A DNA stretch of 63,203 nt, the filler included, from Octopus bimaculoides (lineage: Eukaryota), in NCBI RefSeq assembly GCF_001194135.2. It is 6 parts of 6 records of this genome, joined end to end, with 100 filler letters (N's around TTAATTAATTAA, not from the genome) between each part and the next. Parts side by side here need not be neighbours in the genome. Positions count along the whole stretch, not along the records: positions 22,499 to 44,128 come from NC_068982.1; positions 44,229 to 58,530 come from NC_068990.1; 4 more parts are not named here. One strand, given 5' to 3'. The notes under the pieces are model-generated. The model worked only from the letters and a program-made list of their open reading frames with translations. It was not told where the DNA came from and made no database searches. Shown here piece by piece: positions 37,655 to 48,737 of this stretch. Position 1 is the first letter of the stretch, and every line of letters begins with the position of its first letter. The position numbers and the translations under genes were made by a program.

Positions 37655-39330
37655 AAAGGAGAGGGTCATAGCCCAACTAATTAGGGAGAGAGTCAGCTTA
37701 GATGAGATGCAGTTTGGATTCGTGCCAGGGAAAAGCACCACTGATGCTATATTTCTGGTAAGACAGCTGCAGGAGAAATACCTAGCCAAAGATAAACTTC
37801 TGTTCCTGGCTTTCGTTGACATGGAGAAAGCCTTTGACAGGGTCCCCCAATCCNNNNNNNNNNNNNNNNNNNNNNNNNNNNNNNNNNNNNNNNNNNNNNN
37901 NNNNNNNNNNNNNNNNNNNNNNNNNNNNNNNNNNNNNNNNNNNNNNNNNNNNNNNNNNNNNNNNNNNNNNNNNNNNNNNNNNNNNNNNNNNNNNNNNNNN
38001 NNNNNTGTCAGTAAGGTGAGGGTTGGCAATGAGTACAGTGAAAAATTCCGGGTAGAGGTAGGGGTCCACCAAGGTTCAGTCCTCAGCCCCCTCCTATTTA
38101 TCATAGTCCTCCAGGCAATAACACAGGAATTCAAGACAGGATGCCCCTGGGAGCTCCTCTATGCTGATAACCTTGCTCTAATTGCTGGGTCACTATCAGA
38201 ACTGGAGGAGAACTTTCAGGTGTGGAAGCAAGGATTAGAATCGAAAGGCCTTAGAGTCAACCTAGCTAAAACCAAAGTCCTAATAAGTAGAAAGGTAGAC
38301 AAACCACAAACCCCTTCAGGTAGATGGCCATGCTCGATCTGTAGAAAAGGCGTAGGTAGAAACTCTATGAGATGTACACAGTGTAAGCTATGGACGCATA
38401 AGAGCTGCAGCAATATCAAAGGAAGGTTAACTAGGAAGTTAGTTTTTGTATGTGGCAAATGCTCAGGAGCAATAAACACTGAAAATTTGCAGAGAACAAC
38501 TTCTGCCACATTCCAGGGAGAAAAACTAGAAGTAGTTGATAGCTTCCGTTACCTAGGTGACCAAATCAGTAGTGGGAGAGGGTGCACTGAAAGTGTAGCG
38601 GCTAGAATAATAACAGCCCGGGCAAAGTTCAGAGAGCTCCTAACTCTGCTGGTGACAAAGGGCCTCTCTCTCAGAGTAAAAGGCAGACTGTATGACGCAT
38701 GTGTACGAACAGCCATGCTACATGGCAGCGAAACATGGGCCGTGACTGCTGAGGACATGCGTAAGCTCGCAAGGAACGAAGCCAGTATGCTCTGCTGGAT
38801 GTGTAATGTCAGTATGCATACTCGAAAGAGTGTAAGTACCTTGAGAGAAAAGTTGAACCTAAGAAGCATCAGTTGTGGTGTGCAGGAGAGACGATTGTGC
38901 TGGTATGGACATGTGGCAAGAATGGATGAGGATAGCTGTGTGAAAAAGTGCCACATCCTAGCAGTTGAGGGAACCTGTGGAAGAGGTAGACCCAAGAAGA
39001 CCTGGGATGAGGTGGTGAAGCACGACCTTCAAACTTTAGGCCTCACCGAGGCAATGACCAGTGACCAGGACCTTTGGAAATATGGTGTGCTTGAGAAGAC
39101 CTGGAAAGACAAGTGAGACCATAACCCATGGCCTTTACCAGGGGTGTAGCCAGCCTACAAATGCGTACCTTTCCTTCTTTGTACACAAAACCCTGCTTGC
39201 AAAGACCTGTTGACGCAAATGAAATTGAAATTGAAATTGAAATTGAACCAAATTCGATGACTGGCACCCATGCCAACCTTCCTTTATTGGACACTAAACT
39301 CAGCTTGCGAAGACCTGTTGGGGCAAGTAA
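37655..39330 (+). mobile_element. RTE-clade LINE, 5'-truncated: RT with inserted PHD finger, RTE C-terminus and (GAAATT)n in the 3'UTR
   Basis: QFGFVPGKSTTDAIF, FVDMEKAFDRVP, GVHQGSVLSPLLF, LYADN (catalytic YADD mutated), GLRVNLAKTK, C4HC3 insert at 38331-38462, FRYLGD, LHGSETW, RRLCWYGHVARM and RGRGRPKKTW. Confidence 0.93.
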
Positions 39331-39939
39331 TTTCATCAGACCAATATTTGATGAAAAAACAAAGACAGAAGGGTAAAGTTTCCAATGCAATCTATGATAC
39401 ATGTACCCATTTTTAGCGCTTTTGTTACCAAATTTATCTTGAAATGCACTACCTTAGCTGCAATTAATTTTGAAAATAAAATGAAGTGTTTAGAAAAATA
39501 AATCTTGGAACGTAAGGTCTTTTAATTTGTGTTCGATTTCAAATGTTCAGAGTTGCTTCCCTTGCAGCTAAGTATTATATTTTGCTAATCTTGAACATTT
39601 TCCCTAATCACCTGTGTTTATTCGTGGTACTGAAAACGTTAGAAATTAACATGTTTATCTTTTCATTTGTTATTGGAATATATTTTGTTGTTGATGTTGA
39701 TTTAGTTGTTGTTTCCTTTTTCTAATTCATAAAAATAGTATGTAAATATCATTTGATGAATCACACAGAACAATAGTTCCTCCCACCACCACCACTACCA
39801 CCAGTTTTCTTTGAAAGTTCATAAAATAGTAACTCTGATTTGTTCAAATAATCCAAAGTCCATTCAACAATGAATGAATAGAGGACACTATTACATGAGC
39901 ACACAGATGCAAATGTGTGTGTGAATGTGTGTGTGTGTG

Positions 39940-39972
<33 letters not shown>

Positions 39973-39995
39973 TTGTGTGTGTTTGNNNNNNNNNN

Positions 39996-40060
<65 letters not shown>

Positions 40061-40067
40061 CCTCATT

Positions 40068-40250
40068 ATCATCATCACCATTTAGCATCCGGCTTCCTTG
40101 CTGGCATGGGTTGGATGGTCCAATAGGATCCAACAAGCCAGAGAGCTGTATTAAGTTCCAATGTCCACTTTGATGTGGTTTCTATGGCTGGATGCTCTCT
40201 CTAATGCCAACCACTTTACAAAAAGTGTACTGGATGGTTTTTTTTCACAA
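40068..40250 (-). mobile_element. (GAT)n-tailed family D 3' end
   Basis: CATCATCACCATTTAGCATCCGGCTTCCTTGCTGGCATGGGTTGGATGG ... CTATGGCTGGATGCTCTCTCTAATGCCAACCAC. Confidence 0.7.
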
Positions 40251-40377
40251 CACATAGCATTAGTGAGGTCACCAAGTAACTCTCAAGGAAAGACTCCTTG
40301 AATGAGTGAATGGGGTGGGGGAGTGGGTGGTAATAATAAGGGCTTTATGCAAAATCATAAGTATACAGTAATAGATA

Positions 40378-40700
40378 GGCATGGCTGTATGGTTGAAAAG
40401 TTTGCTACCCAACCATCTGATTTCAGGCTTGGTCCAAAAGTATAGCACCTATGGTGTCTTCTATTGTAGCTCTTGCCTGATTAATGCATTATGAGTTAAT
40501 TTGGGAGATGGAAACAGTAAAAAGTCTGTTTACATATATTGCATTATTGAATGGCACAAATTAGCAATGGTAAAGGTCTTAGTACATAGGAAAGAAGTCA
40601 GGATCCGGGTATCTTCAGGGAAAGGACCTTGCTTTAATAAGCATAAAAGGAGTAGATATAAACTCCACATGATGTATCCAATGTAAGCTATTGACATGCA
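40378..40700 (+). mobile_element. Diverged tRNA-head SINE (family A-like head)
   Basis: GGCATGGCTGTATGGTTGAAAAGTTTGCTACCCAACCA ... GTCTTCTATTGTAGC; the tail is degenerate. Confidence 0.55.
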
Positions 40701-40744
40701 AGAAATGTAGTGGAATCACAGACAGACTAACAGAAAAAGTAAGC

Positions 40745-40865
40745 TTTATATGTAATGGATGTACTGGAGCAGTAAGTACTATGAGCACACCACAAATAGA
40801 TTTTCTTAAATGTCCAGATGACTCACTAGAGTAGCTTTTGTTACCTAGGAGACATAATTAGCAAG
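40745..40865 (+). mobile_element. Second RTE-PHD fragment (end of PHD to RT motif 7)
   Basis: FICNGCTGAVSTMSTPQIDFLKCPDDSLE/SFCYLGDIIS parallels FVCGKCSGAINTEN...KLEVVDSFRYLGDQIS. Confidence 0.65.
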
Positions 40866-40928
40866 AAAGGTAATTGCTCTGAAAGTATGAATATGTTCTT
40901 TTCATGCTTTTGGTTTCCTCTTTCCCAG

Positions 40929-41129
40929 TTTTATATTGGGCCAGTAAATTGTTATTTGGTGGAATTGTTTATGTAGATCTCTTCATAAGGACAATAAGCT
41001 TTGTATATGCTTATTTACTTTGTCATTGTTTTGGACTACTGCAATACTTCTTTTCAGATTTAGTAAACCCTTTTTTTCTTTTTAATAATACTCTGCAAAG
41101 AATTAAAGCCTTGTTCAAGTTCTTGCCTG
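40929..41129 (+). CDS. Candidate coding exon (hydrophobic), phase 1-1
   Basis: Long polypyrimidine acceptor TTTCCTCTTTCCCAG, a 201-nt open frame (LYWASKLLFGGIVYVDLFIR...KALFKFLP) and donor CTG|GTAAAA. T-rich frames can be open by chance. Confidence 0.25.
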
Positions 41130-41424
41130 GTAAAACTTTCCTATAATTTGGTGACATCAAAACATGTTAGTGCTGAATATTTTGTTTTCTTGTTCTTTTT
41201 TTCTAGTTAGAATACAATCAACCATGTGCCATTTTTATGGAACATGAGTGCATCTAAATTCCTTTGTAAATCTTTTAATGTTAAAATATGTGTTTCAGCA
41301 GTCAAATTCAGTTCTGTGTACATCTGTAGCCATTAGAATCAATTTTGATTGTTTCATCTCATGACATACTAAACAGTTACATATTTCAGAATTTGGCCAC
41401 AAAACAGATTTTTGTTTTCACCAG

Positions 41425-41459
41425 AACCATACATTGTTGGTGCATATATACTGTTGAAG
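41425..41459 (+). CDS. Candidate 35-nt exon, phase 1-0
   Basis: Acceptor TTTTGTTTTCACCAG and donor AAG|GTAACT; reads (E)PYIVGAYILLK in phase with 40929-41129. Confidence 0.3.
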
Positions 41460-41569
41460 GTAACTGAGTGACCACAGGATGTAGACATAAACATAGATAT
41501 AAGATGGTAATTCAGTAAGATGGGAGACTAATGTTGACTTAACTGCAAAATCTAATCTAGATTCTCCTT

Positions 41570-41800
41570 TCAGGTTATCATCCCTTCCATGCTAAAAAAA
41601 TCATATAATCATCACTTCTTCCAGCATATTGACTTTCATCAGGTCTCAGGTCAGAAAACAATGTCCATCCTATACTTAGCAAGTTTGAAAGTAATGTAAT
41701 CAAGGTTCTTACATTCCAATTATCAACTAGAATATCAAATAAGTGATTTTTCATAGTTGCTTCACGATGACCTTGGTGCATGCTGCCTTTCCTCGGAAAC
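41570..41800 (-). mobile_element. RTE-type AP-endonuclease N-terminal remnant
   Basis: LVDNWNVRTL...YMIFLAWKG resembles the WNVRTL and Y.IFW.G motifs of APE domains. Confidence 0.55.
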
Positions 41801-42154
41801 CCTGTCAAAACAAACCTGTGAACTCTAGTCTTGAAAGCCTTGATTGTCATTTATATTATTTTGAGTTACATTTCATAAATTTGATAGTGAGTGTGTGTGT
41901 GTGGGTGTTTTAAGGTTACCAACAGACATTTATTACCCAAAAGTATGTATCAACCAAAAAATATATTAATGAATCTAAAATTACACATCTCTTGTTAATC
42001 CCAAAAGAAAGAGTCCACAAAAATTAACTATCTAATGCTTTGTCTACATCAGTGGTTCCAACTTTTTTTACCATGATGACTCATGCTGATATATCTGTAA
42101 TCGGCTTTTTAAAATATTTAAATAATAGCATATATGGGATGCATTTTTAACATT

Positions 42155-42340
42155 TACCTTTCATCAATGACTTGTTTCAGTCGTTGGACATTGCCTTGAA
42201 GGGTTTAGTTAAACAAATAGATCCCATTTTTATTTTTAAGTCTTTTACATATTTTATTGGGCTTATTTGCTGAGCTGCCAAGGTATGGGGGAATAAACAA
42301 ATCAACATTAATTGTCAATCAGTGTGGGAGGCAAATACAC
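42155..42340 (-). mobile_element. SINE family A 3' half, highly diverged
   Basis: ACTTGTTTCAGTCGTTGGACATTGCCTTGAAGGG ... GGGAGGCAAATACAC. Confidence 0.55.
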
Positions 42341-42374
42341 ACATGTAAATACATACATACATAAATACATATAC

Positions 42375-43186
42375 CATAAGCAGTTGTCTGAAAATGTAAT
42401 CATGGTATTATCTACCAATGAGACCTAATGCTATAGCTAGGACACTCTATAATGAAATCTGTCAGAAGGGTAATCCCGAGGACAAAGAAATAAAAACTCA
42501 CAATATGGTAGAAGCCATACCCACTCTTATTGAAAAGGAATACTGGTGGAATGAACCAGTGAAGACCTCAATAAAATGTAAGCACAACAGACCTGATATA
42601 ATGATTTGAGATAGAAAAGAGAAACTGTGCACAGTTGGGGAAATTAGCTGTCCAGTGGATATTAACATAAAGCTGAAGATCAGAGAAAAAGAGAACACCA
42701 ATGCTGAACTATTGAAAAATCTACAGTTACTCTATCCAGAATACAAGTTCAGGTTTATACTTGTAGTTATTGAGGCCCTGGGATATGTAACACTGCCTAA
42801 ATACCAATCTTGAGAAATTAGGCTTCTCAAAACCAGAAAGGAAAAAGCTAATTCAAAGACTACAGATCCAATCCATCACTGGAACTGTAAATATCTGTAA
42901 AACATGCCAGAAGTTTATCATTTAAATATATATGAGCATGTCTAGATACGTAACTATATGCATGAGAATACATACATAAAATATACAAATCTGCACATAC
43001 ATACATACATACATACATACATACATACATACATGCATACATACATACATACATGCATACATACATACATACATACAAAAATACCCTGTTGTTGGTGTTG
43101 AAATTCCAATGAAATTCCTCAGATCTAGGTTAGAAACCAGTTCTTTCTCTATTGGCAAAAAATCTTGAAATAAACTGAATTATGAT
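42375..43186 (+). mobile_element. R4/Dong-like (RLE) non-LTR retrotransposon 3' portion at (CATA)n
   Basis: ISSCLKM*SWYYLPMRPNAIARTLYNEI (CCHC remnant), KCKHNRPDIMI*DRKEKLCTVGEISCP (PD-(D/E)xK), LYPEYKF...ALGYV and TGTVNICKT. The 3'UTR is interrupted by (CATA)n and ends ...GTTAGAAACCAG...CTTGAAATAAA before a CATA tract. Confidence 0.85.
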
Positions 43187-43374
43187 ATACATACACATAC
43201 ACATACATACACACATGTATACATACATGCATGCATACACACATACATACATACATACATACATACATACATACATGCATACATACATACATATATATGC
43301 ATATATACATACATACACACACATACAAATGCATACACACACACAAATACATACATATACTCATATTTATATAT

Positions 43375-43530
43375 GAAGGGCTTCCTCAAAGTTTCCATCT
43401 ATAAAATTCACTCACAAGATATTGGTTAGCACAGGGATATAGTAGAAGGCACTTACTGAAGATGCTGCACAATGAGACTGAACCCAAGACCTCATGGTTG
43501 CAAAGCAAACACCTTGACCATGTAGCCACA
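43375..43530 (-). mobile_element. SINE family A head, CpG-decayed
   Basis: AAATTCACTCACAAG ... ATAGTAGAAGGCACTTAC ... GACTGAACCC ... CCATGTAGCCAC. Confidence 0.7.
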
Positions 43531-43702
43531 GTGATCCTATTTGACATTTTTATTTAAAGAAATATTCCTCAGCTTTTTTAAAACCATAAATGTTGTATTG
43601 TAACCATTATATCTTGGCTTATTGCGTTACATATTCATGAATATTTCATATTTGGTTAAATATTTCAAAAAGTAAAAGGTTTTGTCTTCACAATTCTTTC
43701 AG

Positions 43703-43744
43703 AAGGATTCCATGAGCATTTGGTTGGAAAGAATTGGCACATGA
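43703..43744 (+). CDS. Candidate terminal exon, phase 0
   Basis: Acceptor TTGTCTTCACAATTCTTTCAG then KDSMSIWLERIGT*; in phase with 41425-41459 and near the end of the CpG-depleted domain. Confidence 0.2.
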   Translation, partial: KDSMSIWLERIGT

Positions 43745-43818
43745 GGAGTACGAAGCAAATAACTTCTTTATAAACATGTTTTATTGGTCATTTTCTGATG
43801 AACAACGCTGCAGTTTTC

Positions 43819-44128
43819 ATCATCATCATCGTTTAACGTCCGCTTTCCATGCTAGCATGGGTTGGATGATTTGACTGAGGACTGGTGAAACCGGATGGCA
43901 ACACCAGGCTCCAATCTAATTTGGCAGAGTTTCTACAGCTGGATGCCCTTCCTAACGCCAACCACTCAGAGAGTGTAGTGGGTGCTTTTACGTGTCACCC
44001 GCAGGAAGGCCAGTCAGGCGGTACTGGCAACGGCCACGCTCGAAATGGTGTCTTTTATGTGCCAACCGTGCAAAAGCCAGTCCAGGGGCACTGGCAACGA
44101 TCTTGCTCGAAAACCCTACGAAGGCCAG
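43819..44128 (-). mobile_element. (GAT)n-tailed family D element, young (CpGs intact)
   Basis: CATCATCATCATCGTTTAACGTCCGCTTTCCATGCTAGCATGGGTTGG ... GCTGGATGCCCTTCCTAACGCCAACC. Confidence 0.8.
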
Positions 44129-44228
44129 NNNNNNNNNNNNNNNNNNNNNNNNNNNNNNNNNNNNNNNNNNNNTTAATTAATTAANNNNNNNNNNNNNNNN
44201 NNNNNNNNNNNNNNNNNNNNNNNNNNNN
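44129..44228. other. Assembly linker N44-TTAATTAATTAA-N44
   Basis: Palindrome at 44173-44184. Confidence 0.95.
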
Positions 44229-44240
44229 TATATATATATA

Positions 44241-44277
<37 letters not shown>

Positions 44278-45399
44278 ACATATATATCCTTGTATGTATT
44301 TCAATCAAATACATACTAACGCATTTACACATACATGTATATACATACATGTTTGTGTGTACAGGTAGTTTCGCGGACACGCAAGCGCATATGATTAAAC
44401 ATAAACCCAAGTTATTATTCTTGATGTAGAGTGCTTAAAATATTCAATGAATCGAAAATATGACATTAATACACATCTATACGTGAGAAATATTTTCCTA
44501 CATGTGTTTGTTAAAAGAAAAATGCTAAAATTTCCTTACTGTGATATTTAGTAAAACAACAATGCTAAGCTTCTGTATAAGGTTTTACATTTACTTTCTA
44601 AATTCAGAATATAGATTTAGGTTTTCGTTAACAAGTAGTTTACCGTCGTAAAAAAGTAAAAGTAAATTGTCGTAAACAAATTGAAGTGAATTATGATAGA
44701 AACTGGAACTGACAACAGTGACGTAGTATAATGTCCTGGAGGACGTTTGATATTCAATGGGTGGGTTTCCTAGGTGTGTCTTGGAAACTTCTATATTTAT
44801 GAAGTTGTCAACCATTCTTTCAATTTTGTTGATTCCAACGATGACAGCAATCTGTGCCCTGACTATAGAAGGGCGATGGATGCTCGCCAAGAAGAAACTC
44901 AGGTGACAATGTGGGATTAATTATGACTTATTTACATCGCATCTTATGTGTGGCGAAACAGATTTGGAGATTGTAAAAATCTATTCACGAATTTCATTTC
45001 GTCCACTAATGACTGCTTTCTTTCCCGCAAATGTGACTACTCTCATCTTATAAAATAGCTTTATAAATCGGTTATGTTTCATACATTGTAACATAAAATT
45101 ATGGAATGGTACTGTCGCCATTTTCGGTTTCTATCTCAATTTACTTTCATTTTTTTTACAACAATATACTTACAGTATTTTATGATGGTAAACTACATGT
45201 TAACGAAAACATAAATTTATATTGTAAATTTAGAAAATAAATGTAGAACAATATATAGAAGTGTTATAGAAGGGCTGCTAAGCCTAAACAAGGTTGTGGT
45301 GGCGAACGTGTAAATCAAACTTCGGCAGGAGACAGACAAGAACACGTCTTCGTTGTTCCATCTACAATGGAGAGAAGGAAAGAAATACAAATTAGGAGA

Positions 45400-45440
45400 A
45401 GAAAGATGGCCGATGGTCACGTGGGAGCCACGTGAGCAAG
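45400..45440. promoter_or_regulatory. Paired E-box motif in CpG-retaining unique DNA
   Basis: TCACGTGG-GAG-CCACGTGA (45418-45435 region) preceded by AAGATGGC. Confidence 0.3.
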
Positions 45441-45852
45441 GAAGGAGAAGTGAGGGAGAGAGTGAGAATGTAATAGGATAGAATAGCGGGAGAAGAGGAG
45501 GTAAAAGAATAAGAGAGAGAAAGAGAGAAAAACGAAAGAGTAAAAAGTGTGTATAGAGTGTGCATCAGAATATCTATCTATCTATCTATCTATCTATCCA
45601 TCTGTGTGTATATGTATACATACATACCCTCATGTATATATTTTATTTGTTTCGGTCATTTGATTGGGGCAAATGGTGGGGGACAAACACAGACACAAAG
45701 CCACACATATACGTGCAGACGCACAGACGCACACAGATACACACCCCACCCCCACACCCCCACACACATACACGCACGCATGCACACACACACGCACATA
45801 CGCACACATACTCAAACATACACATACATATATATACTTGTATATATATACA

Positions 45853-45894
<42 letters not shown>

Positions 45895-46577
45895 NNNNNN
45901 NNNNNNNNNNNNNNNNNNNNNNNNNNNNNNNNNNNNNNNNNNNNNNNNNNNNNNNNNNNNNNNNNNNNNNNNNNNNNNNNNNNNNNNNNNNNNNNNNNNN
46001 NNNNNNNNNNNNNNNNNNNNNNNNNNNNNNNNNNNNNNNNNNNNNNNNNNNNNNNNNNNNNNNNNNNNNNNNNNNNNNNNNNNNNNNNNNNNNNNNNNNN
46101 NNNNNNNNNNNNNNNNNNNNNNNNNNNNNNNNNNNNNNNNNNNNNNNNNNNNNNNNNNNNNNNNNNNNNNNNNNNNNNNNNNNNNNNNNNNNNNNNNNNN
46201 NNNNNNNNNNNNNNNNNNNNNNNNNNNNNNNNNNNNNNNNNNNNNNNNNNNNNNNNNNNNNNNNNNNNNNNNNNNNNNNNNNNNNNNNNNNNNNNNNNNN
46301 NNNNNNNNNNNNNNNNNNNNNNNNNNNNNNNNNNNNNNNNNNNNNNNNNNNNNNNNNNNNNNNNNNNNNNNNNNNNNNNNNNNNNNNNNNNNNNNNNNNN
46401 NNNNNNNNNNNNNNNNNNNNNNNNNNNNNNNNNNNNNNNNNNNNNNNNNNNNNNNNNNNNNNNNNNNNNNNNNNNNNNNNNNNNNNNNNNNNNNNNNNNN
46501 NNNNNNNNNNNNNNNNNNNNNNNNNNNNNNNNNNNNNNNNNNNNNNNNNNNNNNNNNNNNNNNNNNNNNNNNNNNNN

Positions 46578-46665
46578 GATGATAATGTCAATGATGAAAA
46601 TGAAGGTGATGATGGTGGGGAAAACGATGAAGAGGACGACAACGATGATGATGAGGATGATGATG

Positions 46666-46709
<44 letters not shown>

Positions 46710-46728
46710 AATGATGATGATGATAATG

Positions 46729-46775
<47 letters not shown>

Positions 46776-47106
46776 AATGATGATGATGATGATGATGATG
46801 AGGATGATGATGAGGATGATGATGGTGATGATAATGTCGTTGATGAAAATGATTGTGATGATGGTGGGGAAGACGATGAAGAGGACGACGACGATGATGA
46901 TGATGAGGAGGAGGAGAATGAGGATAATAGTGATGATGATGATGATGGTGATGATAATGTCGTCACTGTTGCCGCTGACGAAAGTGACAATGACAACAGC
47001 AATGACATTTCTTTTTTTAGTGATGACGCTAACGATGTTGGAGTGCTTTCGACGTCGCTGTTGCTGCTGCTGCTGCTGCTGCTGCTGACTCTGATGGTGG
47101 TAGTCG

Positions 47107-47154
<48 letters not shown>

Positions 47155-47200
47155 CGATGATGATGATGACGATGATGATGATGACGATGATGATGATGAT
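46578..47200. repeat. (GAT)n-derived minisatellite with a ~250-bp higher-order duplication
   Basis: GATGATAATGTC...GATGAAAATGA...GATGGTGGGGAA.ACGATGAAGAGGACGAC recurs at about 46578 and 46827. Confidence 0.85.
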
Positions 47201-47322
47201 TTGTTCAGTTAACAAAGATGTTAATAAGATGAAGAATCACATGTAAAACGGTATTGATTCTGATGTAATATAATTGCGGCAACAATTCACGATTTCTTAC
47301 GTTCTTCTTAAGAAATAATAAC

Positions 47323-47378
<56 letters not shown>

Positions 47379-47482
47379 TAATGATGATGATAACATTTGT
47401 CAATGCAAGCAGCAATTGTTATTATTGTGATCATCACCATCATCATTATCATCATTATTTTTATCTTTATTATTATTATTAA

Positions 47483-47527
<45 letters not shown>

Positions 47528-48640
47528 TGTTATTATCAAAGAATGGATATAAATCACATTTTTCAGCAATAATAACAACCGTTATAGTGGAAACTAAAGA
47601 GCAAAATACACCACAATGTCACACCTCCTCTAACCNNNNNNNNNNNNNNNNNNNNNNNNNNNNNNNNNNNNNNNNNNNNNNNNNNNNNNNNNNNNNNNNN
47701 NNNNNNNNNNNNNNNNNNNNNNNNNNNNNNNNNNNNNNNNNNNNNNNNNNNNNNNNNNNNNNNNNNNNNNNNNNNNNNNNNNNNNNNNNNNNNNNNNNNN
47801 NNNNNNNNNNNNNNNNNNNNNNNNNNNNNNNNNNNNNNNNNNNNNNNNNNNNNNNNNNNNNNNNNNNNNNNNNNNNNNNNNNNNNNNNNNNNNNNNNNNN
47901 NNNNNNNNNNNNNNNNNNNNNNNNNNNNNNNNNNNNNNNNNNNNNNNNNNNNNNNNNNNNNNNNNNNNNNNNNNNNNNNNNNNNNNNNNNNNNNNNNNNN
48001 NNNNNNNNNNNNNNNNNNNNNNNNNNNNNNNNNNNNNNNNNNNNNNNNNNNNNNNNNNNNNNNNNNNNNNNNNNNNNNNNNNNNNNNNNNNNNNNNNNNN
48101 NNNNNNNNNNNNNNNNNNNNNNNNNNNNNNNNNNNNNNNNNNNNNNNNNNNNNNNNNNNNNNNNNNNNNNNNNNNNNNNNNNNNNNNNNNNNNNNNNNNN
48201 NNNNNNNNNNNNNNNNNNNNNNNNNNNNCCCTCTTCACCTCCTCCATCTATGTCTCTTCCACTCATATCTCCTACTCATCGTCTCTAGCGCTCCCCCCCC
48301 CACACACTATTCACACACTCCTCCAAATATCTAAACTCTTATTAAATTGTCATTTCTGCTTTCATATCTGCGATAGGCAATATGTTTCACAATGTTCAGT
48401 GTATTTGAATACCTCATAGATACACACACACACACACACACACACACACCAACACGCACACACAGGCACACAAACACACACACAACACACACATATATAC
48501 ATACACACACACACACACACCAACACGCACACACAGGCACACAAACACACACAACACACACACATATATACATACACACACACACAGACGCATATAGCTA
48601 TAAATATATCCTCAATATAAAAATGCCTACATATGGATAT

Positions 48641-48737
<97 letters not shown>

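Noticed and set aside
45549-47246. 565-aa ORF with a long acidic poly-D tract
   Set aside because: It is made of (TA)n, a gap and a (GAT)n minisatellite, with no splice or homology support.
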